A DNA stretch of 64,000 nt from Clostridia bacterium. GTDB taxonomy: Bacteria > Bacillota > Clostridia > RUG12999. The stretch lies in the NCBI GenBank assembly GCA_045633565.1, contig JAZQYO010000026.1:915-64914 (forward strand), written 5' to 3'. Shown here in pieces: positions 34,437 through 43,602 of the stretch. Position numbers and translations under genes: made by a program. Within the stretch, counting starts at the first letter, position 1. Every line of letters starts with the position of its first letter. The notes beneath the pieces are model-generated. The model worked only from the letters and a program-made list of their open reading frames with translations. It made no database searches and was not told the DNA's origin.

Positions 34437-36038
34437 TTATTCTGTTTCTCCAAAGACAACTACACTATCATCTTCTTTAAGACCACTTATAATCTCGATA
34501 TATTCACCGCCATTCAAACCAACTTCAACTTCAATTTCTTTTGTTAATTGCTTGTTTGAATCTTTATTTAAAATAGTAACTATGTTACCTCTATTAACTG
34601 CATAAGAGGGAACCATAAGGACATCCTCTCTTGAATCAATTTCCATAGTTGCAGTAACATTCATACCGGGAATAAGCACCTCTGTATCTTCCGTAAGATT
34701 TATCACAATCTTCACCGGATATACCGTAACATTATCTTCTGTAATACCCACCGTACTTATGTTATCCACATATCCTGAATATGTTTCGGCATTATATGCA
34801 TCAGGAACAATGGAAACTTCTTGACCTTCATAAACATCTTTAATGTCAGTTTCATCTACATTTATGTAGAATATCAAAGAAGACAAATCCTCTATTCTTG
34901 CCATTGAACCATCGACAGTACTAGTATTAAGTTTTTCGCCCGCTTTAGCACGTTTTTCTACAACTTTGCCCGAAATAGGAGCTGTTATTTTATAATCATT
35001 TAATTGCTCATTATAGCTATCAAGAGTAAACTGAGCATCGCTTATTGCAGATTTATTATCTGAAAGTTGTTTTTCTAAAGCAGAATTATATATTGTTGCA
35101 ACATTTGTTCCTACCGAAACAGAGTCACCAACTTTTTTGCTTATCGATTTAACTGTCCCACTTGCTTCAGAACGTATTGTGTATGTTTGTGCATAGTTAA
35201 AACTACCAATTGAGTTGCAAGCATATTCACCAACTAAAGCTGAAGCTTTATCACCTGATTTTATAGCACCGGGATTCTGGACTCTGATTTCAATAGATGT
35301 CACGGGAACGCCATGTGTATTCAACAATGTACCCGTTGCTTTATATGAAACAGTTCCGTGAACTTTTTTACTTGAGCCTTGTATTTGTACAGTTGCACTT
35401 TGACCTACAGAAATATTCTGTGCATCTTCTGCAAGAAAGTCTATTGTTAGAATCATGTTATCAAAATCTATAACATCAGCAATTTCAGCACCTTCAGATA
35501 CAACATCGCCTTCTTTTATATGTAATTTAGTTATTGAACCGGAAACATTAGATGTAATTGATAGTTTAGACATTTCAGCTTGTGTTTGTCTATATGTTTC
35601 CTGAGCTTTCGCTAAATCATTTTTAGCAATTTTAATATTTTTGTCTAGTTCAGTATGACTTATCAAATATAATAAATCTCCCTTTTCAACCATTTGTCCT
35701 TCTTCAAAATAGTCCTCTAATATATCACCATCAACTAGAGAAGTAATATCGTAGTGATTGATAGCTTCAATAGTGCCACGACCTTCAACATTCCTTACAA
35801 CATCCCCACGTTTAACTTCTATGATTGTCGCATTTTCCATCTGTCTAATATTAGCATCTTGAATTGTATTCTTAATATAAATTACTAATAAAATAATTAC
35901 AATTATAGCGACTATACCAAAAGTACTTAATATACCCGTGACCAACTTGTTGTCTAGTTTAAATTTTTTATTTAATTTTTTTGTATATTTTTTGCTTTTT
36001 TTTCTTCTGAATTCGCTTTCAGGGATGTTTAATGGCAT
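34437..36038 (-). CDS. HlyD-family membrane-fusion (periplasmic adaptor) protein, 533 aa
   Basis: N-terminal TM anchor, coiled-coil and biotinyl-lipoyl-like segments; its order with the ATPase and FtsX permease mirrors B. subtilis yknXYZ and macAB. Confidence 0.8.
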   Translation of the reverse strand: MPLNIPESEFRRKKSKKYTKKLNKKFKLDNKLVTGILSTFGIVAIIVIILLVIYIKNTIQDANIRQMENATIIEVKRGDVVRNVEGRGTIEAINHYDITSLVDGDILEDYFEEGQMVEKGDLLYLISHTELDKNIKIAKNDLAKAQETYRQTQAEMSKLSITSNVSGSITKLHIKEGDVVSEGAEIADVIDFDNMILTIDFLAEDAQNISVGQSATVQIQGSSKKVHGTVSYKATGTLLNTHGVPVTSIEIRVQNPGAIKSGDKASALVGEYACNSIGSFNYAQTYTIRSEASGTVKSISKKVGDSVSVGTNVATIYNSALEKQLSDNKSAISDAQFTLDSYNEQLNDYKITAPISGKVVEKRAKAGEKLNTSTVDGSMARIEDLSSLIFYINVDETDIKDVYEGQEVSIVPDAYNAETYSGYVDNISTVGITEDNVTVYPVKIVINLTEDTEVLIPGMNVTATMEIDSREDVLMVPSYAVNRGNIVTILNKDSNKQLTKEIEVEVGLNGGEYIEIISGLKEDDSVVVFGETE

Positions 36039-36056
36039 ACTATCGTCCTCTCAAAA

Positions 36057-36893
36057 TTACTCGTTAATATCAAATCTATTAAACCAAATTGTACCAACAA
36101 CTATTGTTAGTATGCAATAAAGAGCTATCGAAATAAATGAATAAATTATCATATCCGAACTTAACTGCATACTTGAAAATTCATCCATATAAGTAGAAGG
36201 GAATATATAACCTAAATAATAGAAAGCATAACTCTTGCTTTGTAAAGTTGCGACAGTAGAAAGCAATATATTTTCTAAAATGCTGATAGCAAAATATGAA
36301 ATTACAATTATGGTTTCGTTATGTATTAATATGGAAAGTACAATAGCTAATCCTGAATATGATACATGGGATATTCCTACTCTCAGAGCAATGAATAATA
36401 TATTCAGTATTTGCATTATTGAAAATTCTGTACCCCAACCGTACATGATTGTTGCTACCAAAGTTGTAAATACAGCCATAAATAATGTTATACCAACAAC
36501 TGTAATTGAAAACGCAATATACTTACCTACAAAAATTTCATTTCTTGTTAAATCGGTAGTGAACAGATTTCTAATCGTTTTCTTAGAAAAGTCAGATGTA
36601 AAGAAAAATACAATTAGAAAAGGAATAAAATAATAAAACAACGAATTGAAGTCCATTATTGAAAATGCTTCAAATCCCGTTTTTACTATAAAAGTATCTT
36701 CTACAGTGGAATAATCAAGATTTCCCCACAAGCAGATTAACTTTACAATAGACACCATATTTAACATTACCCAAATTACAGAGAATGTCAAAAGAACTTT
36801 TATAGACTTACTTTTGAGAAACTTATAAAGCTCTGCTTTAACAATATTTGACATTTTCGTTCCCTCCTTCGGTGTAAAGCATAAACAATTCAC
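36057..36893 (-). CDS. ABC-2-type transporter permease (6 TM)
   Basis: Polytopic hydrophobic 278-aa protein directly downstream of an ABC ATPase. Confidence 0.6.
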   Translation of the reverse strand: MNCLCFTPKEGTKMSNIVKAELYKFLKSKSIKVLLTFSVIWVMLNMVSIVKLICLWGNLDYSTVEDTFIVKTGFEAFSIMDFNSLFYYFIPFLIVFFFTSDFSKKTIRNLFTTDLTRNEIFVGKYIAFSITVVGITLFMAVFTTLVATIMYGWGTEFSIMQILNILFIALRVGISHVSYSGLAIVLSILIHNETIIVISYFAISILENILLSTVATLQSKSYAFYYLGYIFPSTYMDEFSSMQLSSDMIIYSFISIALYCILTIVVGTIWFNRFDINE

Positions 36894-37758
36894 TCATTGA
36901 TACATTCGATATTCTAACATCCAATCCTATATTTTCATTTCGCAGACGCTCGGAAAAATCATTGAGTTTTTTCAATGATACTTCATCGTTTCCTTTATTA
37001 ACTAATCTTATCGTATTAGCGATACTATCTACAAAAAATATTCTTAAATCGGATTCATGTTTTTTGATAAAATCTTTTTTTGCTTCCTCATTATCAAACT
37101 GTAAATCAATACATTTTGTGACTATCTCTATTTCTTCTTTTTTAAACTCAGTCACAATTTTTGAATTATGTAAAATGGCATAGTGAGTTGCAAGATTATC
37201 TGTTTCTCGAATCAAATGACTAGAAAGGAAAATAGTAACTCCTCTTTCTTTATTTAAGCGATATAATAAATCTTTAACTTCGATAATTCCTGCAGGATCT
37301 AAACCGTTAAGAGGTTCATCTAAAATGATGAAACTCGGATTGCCCATAATTGCTCTTGCCAAAGCTAATCGCTGTTTCATTCCTAATGAGTATTTTTTTA
37401 CCTTTTTCTTATTTTTCCAATCCAACCCAAGAAATTCCAACGAAGATTTAATTTCGTCATCTCCGCATCCAATAAGCAATGCATAATACTTAAGATTTTC
37501 ATATGCATTCATATTCTCAAAAAATGTAGGTGTTTCAATGATTGCTCCGATACCGTTATCATTATCGTTATAATTAAACTCACATTCTCCTGAATCGGTT
37601 TCTACCATTCCTAATGCTATTTTCATCATAGTTGTTTTTCCGGCACCATTTAAACCAAGAAGAAAAAATATACTTCCTTCCGGTATAAATAAACTCATGT
37701 TTTTCAGGACTTCTTGTCCTTTATAATTTTTGCAGACATTGCTATATCGTATATTCAT
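36838..37758 (-). CDS. ABC transporter ATP-binding protein
   Basis: Walker A GLNGAGKTT, signature LSLGMKQRLALARA, Walker B ILDEP. Confidence 0.85.
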   Translation of the reverse strand: MNIRYSNVCKNYKGQEVLKNMSLFIPEGSIFFLLGLNGAGKTTMMKIALGMVETDSGECEFNYNDNDNGIGAIIETPTFFENMNAYENLKYYALLIGCGDDEIKSSLEFLGLDWKNKKKVKKYSLGMKQRLALARAIMGNPSFIILDEPLNGLDPAGIIEVKDLLYRLNKERGVTIFLSSHLIRETDNLATHYAILHNSKIVTEFKKEEIEIVTKCIDLQFDNEEAKKDFIKKHESDLRIFFVDSIANTIRLVNKGNDEVSLKKLNDFSERLRNENIGLDVRISNVSMSELFMLYTEGGNENVKYC

Positions 37759-37774
37759 CGTTCATCCTCCTTGT

Positions 37775-38284
37775 TTAGCTTGGTATTGTTAAGAAAATTG
37801 AAGCTATTCCAACAATTATACTTATAGCTATGTTTTTCTTTTTGCTTGTTTCATTTATTATTATAGGTAAGTACTTGTAAGTTGATATTGCCGTTAATAC
37901 ATAAAAAGGAATAAAACTTATCAACCCAACAGTTCCGTATGTATAAAAAGCATTTCCAACAGTTAAGAAACCAACCGTATTAGTTGCTATTGTTAATGGG
38001 AAATACATTAGAGAACAAGCAGAAAGATGCATGAATTTTTTTATATCAAATTCTGTTCCTAATGCAGCTCCAACAAAGTAAGCTATAACAGCCAAAGCAA
38101 CTATTGTAAGACTATGCGTAAAAATCGGTGTAATTATTGCGATTGCTATTGAAAGCAAAATTGGCAACCCCGTTCCTTTAACTACATCAAAATTTAAAAC
38201 TAAGTTCAACAACGAAAGTAGAACACTACATCCGAATGATATAAATAATTTCGTTTTTAAAGGTAATTCACTAATCTTTTTCAT
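37775..38284 (-). CDS. Polytopic membrane protein, 169 aa
   Basis: Four to five hydrophobic helices; no recognised motif. Confidence 0.5.
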   Translation of the reverse strand: MKKISELPLKTKLFISFGCSVLLSLLNLVLNFDVVKGTGLPILLSIAIAIITPIFTHSLTIVALAVIAYFVGAALGTEFDIKKFMHLSACSLMYFPLTIATNTVGFLTVGNAFYTYGTVGLISFIPFYVLTAISTYKYLPIIINETSKKKNIAISIIVGIASIFLTIPS

Positions 38285-38297
38285 GTTATCCTCCTAT

Positions 38298-38807
38298 TTA
38301 TACAATTATATTAATGAAGTATGGTGTTACAAATGCTTCAATTGCAGCACAAAATGCCACAAACAATATATGTAAAAGAAATATTAATACATATTTCTTA
38401 AAATTCGTTCTTATAAATTTTTCGCCTTTATTAACGATATAACCGGTTGCTAAAATACATGGTATTTCAAATATTCCATGTGGCAATAAAAGCAGGAGAA
38501 GTCCTATATTACTTTTAAGTATAAATCCAACTGTATAACCAAGCACCATTCCGTTAACGCCATATAGACAGTAAGCCACTCTATTCGTAAAGATAATAGA
38601 AATATAGAATACGCATATCAAAAATCCGTTGTTCTTGAACAACTCAATAAACTTATCAATTCCATATATTTCATTGAAATTATTATACCCCGTTTCCATT
38701 AACGGTTTTTCAAAAATTAATCCCACTATGATTCCCAAAGCCATTGCAAGAAAATATATTTTTGATGGATAAGCCATAAAGCCTAACTTTTTGCAAATCT
38801 TGTTCAT
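38298..38807 (-). CDS. SpoIIM/DUF95-like membrane protein
   Basis: LLLLLPHGIFEIPCILATGY matches the conserved LPHG.FE.P core of the SpoIIM/DUF95 family; 169 aa, 4-5 TM. Confidence 0.6.
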   Translation of the reverse strand: MNKICKKLGFMAYPSKIYFLAMALGIIVGLIFEKPLMETGYNNFNEIYGIDKFIELFKNNGFLICVFYISIIFTNRVAYCLYGVNGMVLGYTVGFILKSNIGLLLLLLPHGIFEIPCILATGYIVNKGEKFIRTNFKKYVLIFLLHILFVAFCAAIEAFVTPYFINIIV

Positions 38808-38936
38808 ATATAATCACACTCTTTAAATTTTGTATTTAATTTAGTAAAAGAAGCTCGACAATGGCAAGCTTGGCTCTCAAAGCTCGCCACGTCTTACTTA
38901 CATTATAATGTTGCTATGTAACTTTTTGGGTAGTGA

Positions 38937-39188
38937 TTATTCGCCAACTACTGTTAAGCCAACAAGTACTACTTTAATCCAAGTTGCAACAGGGCAGAAA
39001 ATAGCAATCAAAGTAGCTACTTTAGAAAAAGCATTTGCATATTTGATTGATAATGCTAACCACTTAGGCATCTTCTTGCCAGTGTGCTGATATACGATAT
39101 TGATGATACCGAACTGCATCATTGCACAGAGAAGAGCTGTTGCAGCCAAAGACACATTAGTTACGCTTCTTTTAATTGCGTTTGTCAT
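38937..39188 (-). CDS. 83-aa hydrophobic cationic peptide, paralog B (bacteriocin-like or small 2-TM protein)
   Basis: MTNAIKRSVTNVSLAATALLCAMMQFGIINIVYQHTGKKMPKWLALSIKYANAFSKVATLIAIFCPVATWIKVVLVGLTVVGE; RBS GGAGG 8 nt upstream; about 85% identical to the tandem neighbour. Confidence 0.55.
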   Translation of the reverse strand: MTNAIKRSVTNVSLAATALLCAMMQFGIINIVYQHTGKKMPKWLALSIKYANAFSKVATLIAIFCPVATWIKVVLVGLTVVGE

Positions 39189-39223
39189 GATCGTTTCCTC
39201 CGAACTTCAAACCGTATTAGGTA

Positions 39224-39475
39224 TTAGTCGCCAACAAGTGTTAAGCCAACAAGTACTACTTTAATCCAAGTTGCAACAGGGCAGAAAAGTGCAATTAAGG
39301 TTGAAACCTTAGAAAGAGCACTTGCGTACTTGATTGACAATGCTAACCACTTAGGCATCTTCTTACCTGTGTGCTGATACACGATATTGATGATGCCGAA
39401 CTGCATCATTGTGCAGAGAAGAGCTGTTGCAGCCATAGAAAGGTTTGTTGCGCTTCTTTTAATTGCATTTGTCAT
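39224..39475 (-). CDS. 83-aa hydrophobic cationic peptide, paralog A
   Basis: The proper start is ATG 39475 (MTNAIKRSATNLSMAATALLCTMMQ...) with GGAGG RBS; the track's 39520 start adds a non-conserved 15-aa extension that has no RBS. Confidence 0.55.
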   Translation of the reverse strand: MTNAIKRSATNLSMAATALLCTMMQFGIINIVYQHTGKKMPKWLALSIKYASALSKVSTLIALFCPVATWIKVVLVGLTLVGD

Positions 39476-39543
39476 GTTTGTTTCCTCCATTTTGAAAATG
39501 ATATATATTTTACCTGACATCTATGATGCCAGGGAGAGCCCAC

Positions 39544-40968
39544 TTATCTTAAGACTTTGTGTGAAACTCGAATTGTCATCAACACTATTATGATGTTTAT
39601 AATAGTCATAATTGCTGATGAAAAGTATTGGTTTATAGGAAATAAAAATGTTGAAACCACTATCATAAGTGATGGAGTAAATACAACAATTTTAATTATT
39701 CCATTTATAAAAAGTAACAAGTTATCAGATGTGTTTTCATTTTTATATATTCCAAAAAATATCAACTCTGAAGATAGCGAAAGCATTAAAAAACTTAAAT
39801 ATGTTACTGCTAACAATGAAGAATTTATATCATAAGCATTAAAAAAATCTATAACACCAATCATCAATAGTCCTATTGCAAATTGATTCGCCAAGTATGG
39901 AATTGATATTTTGACGAACTTCGTAATAGGTGTTTCCGGAATCAAGTGAATGTAATGTTTTTTGAATTCTGTTTCAAAAATATCCAACCCAAAAATAAAA
40001 CCGGATAATAAGGCATATACAAGCAAGAATATACATCCAATTGACGTTCCGTATGCATCACCAAATGTTTCACATAGTCCAACGCATAGAATTGCAAGTA
40101 TAATCCCAAAGATTGCAATTACAACTTGCTTAATCTGAAAGGCTTTATTACGCCACATTTCTACATATATTTTTTTACATATACTAGTGACATTTTTCTC
40201 TTTATATTCTTTTGAAGAAGTTTCCCAATCTAGTTGCGTATCTATAATAGGATTTGTTTCAGAATCACCTAAAAATACTTTTTTACAAGCTCTTAATACA
40301 AAGGTGAACAAACAAAAGCTAATGTTAGCTATTAGAAAACCAACTTGTGAATTTTTATATAATCCTATTATTCTTTCTGTCTTATTTGTAGCGAAATCGT
40401 ATTTAGAAAGATAATACCATATAAAAGACAGAAATATAACACAACAGATAGTTGAAATTACCTTTGCTAATGATTTGACACTTTTTTTATTTATTAAGCA
40501 ACTATATAACAAAGAAAAAACATTAATTTCGGCAATAATTGATAATATCGCTATACTTATCATCAGCGGAAGCTCATGTGTGTTTTCCATGCAAAAATAC
40601 AATACAAAATATGCAAAAGAAAAAACATTCGCACAAACTAAAAAAACACATTTTTTCCTAAACTCATAATTGCATATATCAATAGCTCGTATGGGAGAAG
40701 TAAGCAAAAACTGCTTGTCTGCATTTTTTATATTAAAGTTTTTTGAAAAAGCAAAATATGCGAAACCTAATAACCATAACCCAATTATGAGAATAAAATA
40801 TATAGCTATTAGCAAGTCACCGTTTTCTATTGTTATCCTCTCATTGCTAAACAAATCCGAGGCAAACGTGAACAACACAAAAGCGATTACTAAAATGTAT
40901 TTAGCCTGAAGTAAATTCTTTAGCTTATTTTTAATTGTGCATATTTCTAAAAAGCTAATAGCATCCAC
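39544..40968 (-). CDS. Large polytopic membrane protein, 474 aa, partner permease of the adjacent ABC ATPase
   Basis: Ten or more hydrophobic helices; 3-nt gap to the upstream ATPase gene. Confidence 0.6.
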   Translation of the reverse strand: MDAISFLEICTIKNKLKNLLQAKYILVIAFVLFTFASDLFSNERITIENGDLLIAIYFILIIGLWLLGFAYFAFSKNFNIKNADKQFLLTSPIRAIDICNYEFRKKCVFLVCANVFSFAYFVLYFCMENTHELPLMISIAILSIIAEINVFSLLYSCLINKKSVKSLAKVISTICCVIFLSFIWYYLSKYDFATNKTERIIGLYKNSQVGFLIANISFCLFTFVLRACKKVFLGDSETNPIIDTQLDWETSSKEYKEKNVTSICKKIYVEMWRNKAFQIKQVVIAIFGIILAILCVGLCETFGDAYGTSIGCIFLLVYALLSGFIFGLDIFETEFKKHYIHLIPETPITKFVKISIPYLANQFAIGLLMIGVIDFFNAYDINSSLLAVTYLSFLMLSLSSELIFFGIYKNENTSDNLLLFINGIIKIVVFTPSLMIVVSTFLFPINQYFSSAIMTIINIIIVLMTIRVSHKVLR

Positions 40969-40970
40969 TT

Positions 40971-41672
40971 TTATTCCTCCATTTTTATTTTTAAATTCAT
41001 AAAAATATCTTCCAATTGTTTTTGACCTGATAAAGCGCTTTTTTCATATTCAGAAAGCAACACACCGCCTGAAATTACTATTGCTTTATCCCATAGCTCC
41101 TCTACACTTTCTAAAATGTGAGTACTTATCAAAATTGTACATCCCTCATTTTTGAGTTCTTTCATAATTTCTTTTAATTCTTGTATTGCAAATATATCAA
41201 GTCCAACAAATGGCTCATCAAAAATAATTACTTTGGGGTTTATAAGCAAAGCACAACATATATTTAATTTTTGCTTCATTCCCTTTGAAAGTTCTTTGCC
41301 AATTTTTCTGCTATGTTCTGTTAAATCAAAGCGTTCAAGAAGTTTTATGGATTCCTTTTCCCAATTTTTCAACTTATAAGCCTTTGCAATAAATTGCAAA
41401 TGTTCTGATATTGTCAAATAATCATATACTTCTGCAACTTCGGGTACATAACCCAACACTTTCTTAGCTTCAATACTATTGCTTTTGTACCCGTCTATAT
41501 AAGCTTCACCTGAACAGTTAAGAGTTCCAATTATGCAATTAATGGTTGTTGTTTTTCCGGCTCCGTTTGGACCAACTAAAATGCCAATTTCACCGCTTCG
41601 CAATTCAAAACTAATATTTTCAATTATCTTCTTTTTTCTAATCGTCATAGACAGTCTTTTTGTGATTAGCAT
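40971..41672 (-). CDS. ABC transporter ATP-binding protein
   Basis: Walker A GPNGAGKTTT, signature LSKGMKQKLNICCAL, Walker B IIFDEP. Confidence 0.85.
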   Translation of the reverse strand: MLITKRLSMTIRKKKIIENISFELRSGEIGILVGPNGAGKTTTINCIIGTLNCSGEAYIDGYKSNSIEAKKVLGYVPEVAEVYDYLTISEHLQFIAKAYKLKNWEKESIKLLERFDLTEHSRKIGKELSKGMKQKLNICCALLINPKVIIFDEPFVGLDIFAIQELKEIMKELKNEGCTILISTHILESVEELWDKAIVISGGVLLSEYEKSALSGQKQLEDIFMNLKIKMEE

Positions 41673-42232
41673 GATATTCCCTCAATCTTTTGATAAATAT
41701 AATTTAATTTTTCCGAAACCAATTCACTATTTTCCCACAAGCAAAAATCATGAATCGTTGCAACAAACAACAAATAGTACGGTCTTAACATATCGTGGGG
41801 AACATGATAAATATCAGATAACTCACGAGAGTAATTCATATACTTTCCGTATATGGGTAATAATTTATCCCTGCATTTTTCGCCATATTTAGGGCTTGAA
41901 ATTACCTGATAAATATATCGCATCATTGATTTCTCATTTGATAACATTTCAAATGCTTTCACGAATAAAGTTTTTAAATTGGGTGTTTCATCAAATGATA
42001 ATGCTGCAATCTTTTTGTCAAGAGTGTTCATATATCTAACTGCACACTCAACAACAATTTCATCTTTAGAATCAAAGTAAATATACAATGCCGCTTTATA
42101 AGTTTTGCAATAATTTGCTAACTCATTAATGCTTGTATTCTCCAATCCTTGTTTTACAAATAATTCAAAGCATTTATCCAAGAGTTGATTTTTCTTTTGT
42201 TCTTTATGCTCCTCGCTAAGCACAACAAACAC
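41666..42232 (-). CDS. TetR/AcrR-family transcriptional regulator; first gene of the about 14-kb minus-strand operon
   Basis: N-terminal HTH LDKCFELFVKQGLENTSINELANYCKTYKAALYIYFDSKDEIV. Confidence 0.8.
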   Translation of the reverse strand: MFVVLSEEHKEQKKNQLLDKCFELFVKQGLENTSINELANYCKTYKAALYIYFDSKDEIVVECAVRYMNTLDKKIAALSFDETPNLKTLFVKAFEMLSNEKSMMRYIYQVISSPKYGEKCRDKLLPIYGKYMNYSRELSDIYHVPHDMLRPYYLLFVATIHDFCLWENSELVSEKLNYIYQKIEGISC

Positions 42233-42282
42233 CTCTTTTAAAAATCCATACCGACCGGTAGGTATATTTTTTGCCTAAAAAA

Positions 42283-42315
42283 AATAGTTTTCACCACATA
42301 ATTGTGATTATGTGG
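42283..42315. promoter_or_regulatory. Perfect palindrome TTTTCACCACATAATTGTGATTATGTGGTGAAAA about 50 bp upstream of the TetR gene; candidate operator
   Basis: 11-bp arms with a 4-nt centre. A related inverted version (CCACATAATcacaATTATGTGG) occurs at 42524-42556. Confidence 0.4.
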
Positions 42316-42458
42316 TGAAAACAGAACAACAAGTGTCATTTGTTTGCAAATTTAGGCACGAAAACAAGACCGATGTTAGTCAATAAAGTTTCATCGGTCA
42401 ATTTTTGATGTCTATTTTTGTGCATATCGGAGATTTTTTGTAATTTATACTAAAATTA

Positions 42459-42490
42459 TTGATTTTTTGTGTTGTGTGTGATATAATATT
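42459..42490 (+). promoter_or_regulatory. Consensus promoter TTGATT-17-TATAAT on the + strand, pointing into the 3' end of the integrase gene; would make a roughly 65-nt transcript ending at the 42524-42556 hairpin + T6
   Basis: ttgattttttgtgttgtgtgtgatataat, then the hairpin GTTCCACATAATcacaATTATGTGGTC TTTTTT. Confidence 0.4.
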
Positions 42491-42557
42491 TTATGTATTT
42501 TTAATGGTTGTTTTTATAAGTGTTCCACATAATCACAATTATGTGGTCTTTTTTATT

Positions 42558-43397
42558 TTACCACCTTAAAAGCCCGAGTTTTTGGATTTGCCTACGGTGG
42601 ACCTCGCCCGTACTCATCGTGTAAATCCTTGTAGTATTTACTGATGAGTGTCCTAAAATATCGGCAAGTCTTACGATATCTTTCTGCAAGCTGTAATAAG
42701 TTCTTGCAAAAAGATGTCTAAAACTGTGAGGGTACACTTTATCCTTTGATACTCCAGCAATTTCACATAACGCTTTTAACATCTTCCATATATGGCTTCT
42801 GTCAAGAGGCTTACCATTACGGCTCACGAAAACGGAGCCGTTTTTTATATTGTGTTCCCGAATATATCCCTTTAACATTTTACAAAGCTCTTTAGGAAGA
42901 ATTACAATACGCATTTTGCCTTTGCAATTTATTACCGCTTGTCCCGAATGAACGGCTGATGTAGTAATATAGCGTAATTCACTTACACGGATACCTGTAC
43001 TCGCTATGGTTTGTATCAGGTAATAAAGCCTTTGATTTTTCTTATCATTTGCCGCCGTGAGTAATCGCTCATATTCCGCTTTTGTCAGTTCCTTGTCTTT
43101 GCTTGAAAATATCTGCCTTTGTATTTTTAGTGCCTTTATCCGTATATCATGCCATTCCATAAATGCAAAGAAGCTATTAAGGGAAGATATTGCCGCATTG
43201 ACACTTGCAGGAGCATATTTTTCACAAAGTTCCTTTTTATACTCCAAAGCCAATACCTTTGTTACTTCCTGACCGCACAGCCAAGCCATAAAAAAGGTTA
43301 TATCACGAATATATTTTTCTATGGTATTTTCACTCTTTTCCTCCTCAATTAGATAATTTTTAAAGCTCAAAATAAGCTCATTTGTGATTTTTCTCAT
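42558..43397 (-). CDS. Tyrosine site-specific recombinase (phage-integrase/Xer-like), 279 aa
   Basis: N-terminal SAM-like domain; C-terminal catalytic box HSFRHLFARTYYSLQKDIVRLADILGHSSVNTTRIY (R...H..R...Y). Confidence 0.85.
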   Translation of the reverse strand: MRKITNELILSFKNYLIEEEKSENTIEKYIRDITFFMAWLCGQEVTKVLALEYKKELCEKYAPASVNAAISSLNSFFAFMEWHDIRIKALKIQRQIFSSKDKELTKAEYERLLTAANDKKNQRLYYLIQTIASTGIRVSELRYITTSAVHSGQAVINCKGKMRIVILPKELCKMLKGYIREHNIKNGSVFVSRNGKPLDRSHIWKMLKALCEIAGVSKDKVYPHSFRHLFARTYYSLQKDIVRLADILGHSSVNTTRIYTMSTGEVHRRQIQKLGLLRW

Positions 43398-43602
43398 TCA
43401 AATCAACTTCCTTTCCTTTATGTATTCTACCACTTACATAAACAAACTATTTAGAAGTCATCAATGAATTTTAGCATTTACACAAATCTCCACTAAAAGT
43501 CTATTTAATAAGCGGTATTTTGACAAATGTGCGGATTTACAGATACAAATTAAGCCCGAATATGCAAGCTGAATTTTGCTTGTATATTCGGGCTTTTATA
43601 TT

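Noticed and set aside
38937-39475. Calling the two 83-aa peptides circular bacteriocin precursors outright
   Set aside because: The composition is not Gly/Ala-rich like known circular bacteriocins and the C-terminus is acidic (VGE/VGD), whereas cyclised peptides usually end in aromatic or hydrophobic residues. Kept only as a hypothesis in the findings.
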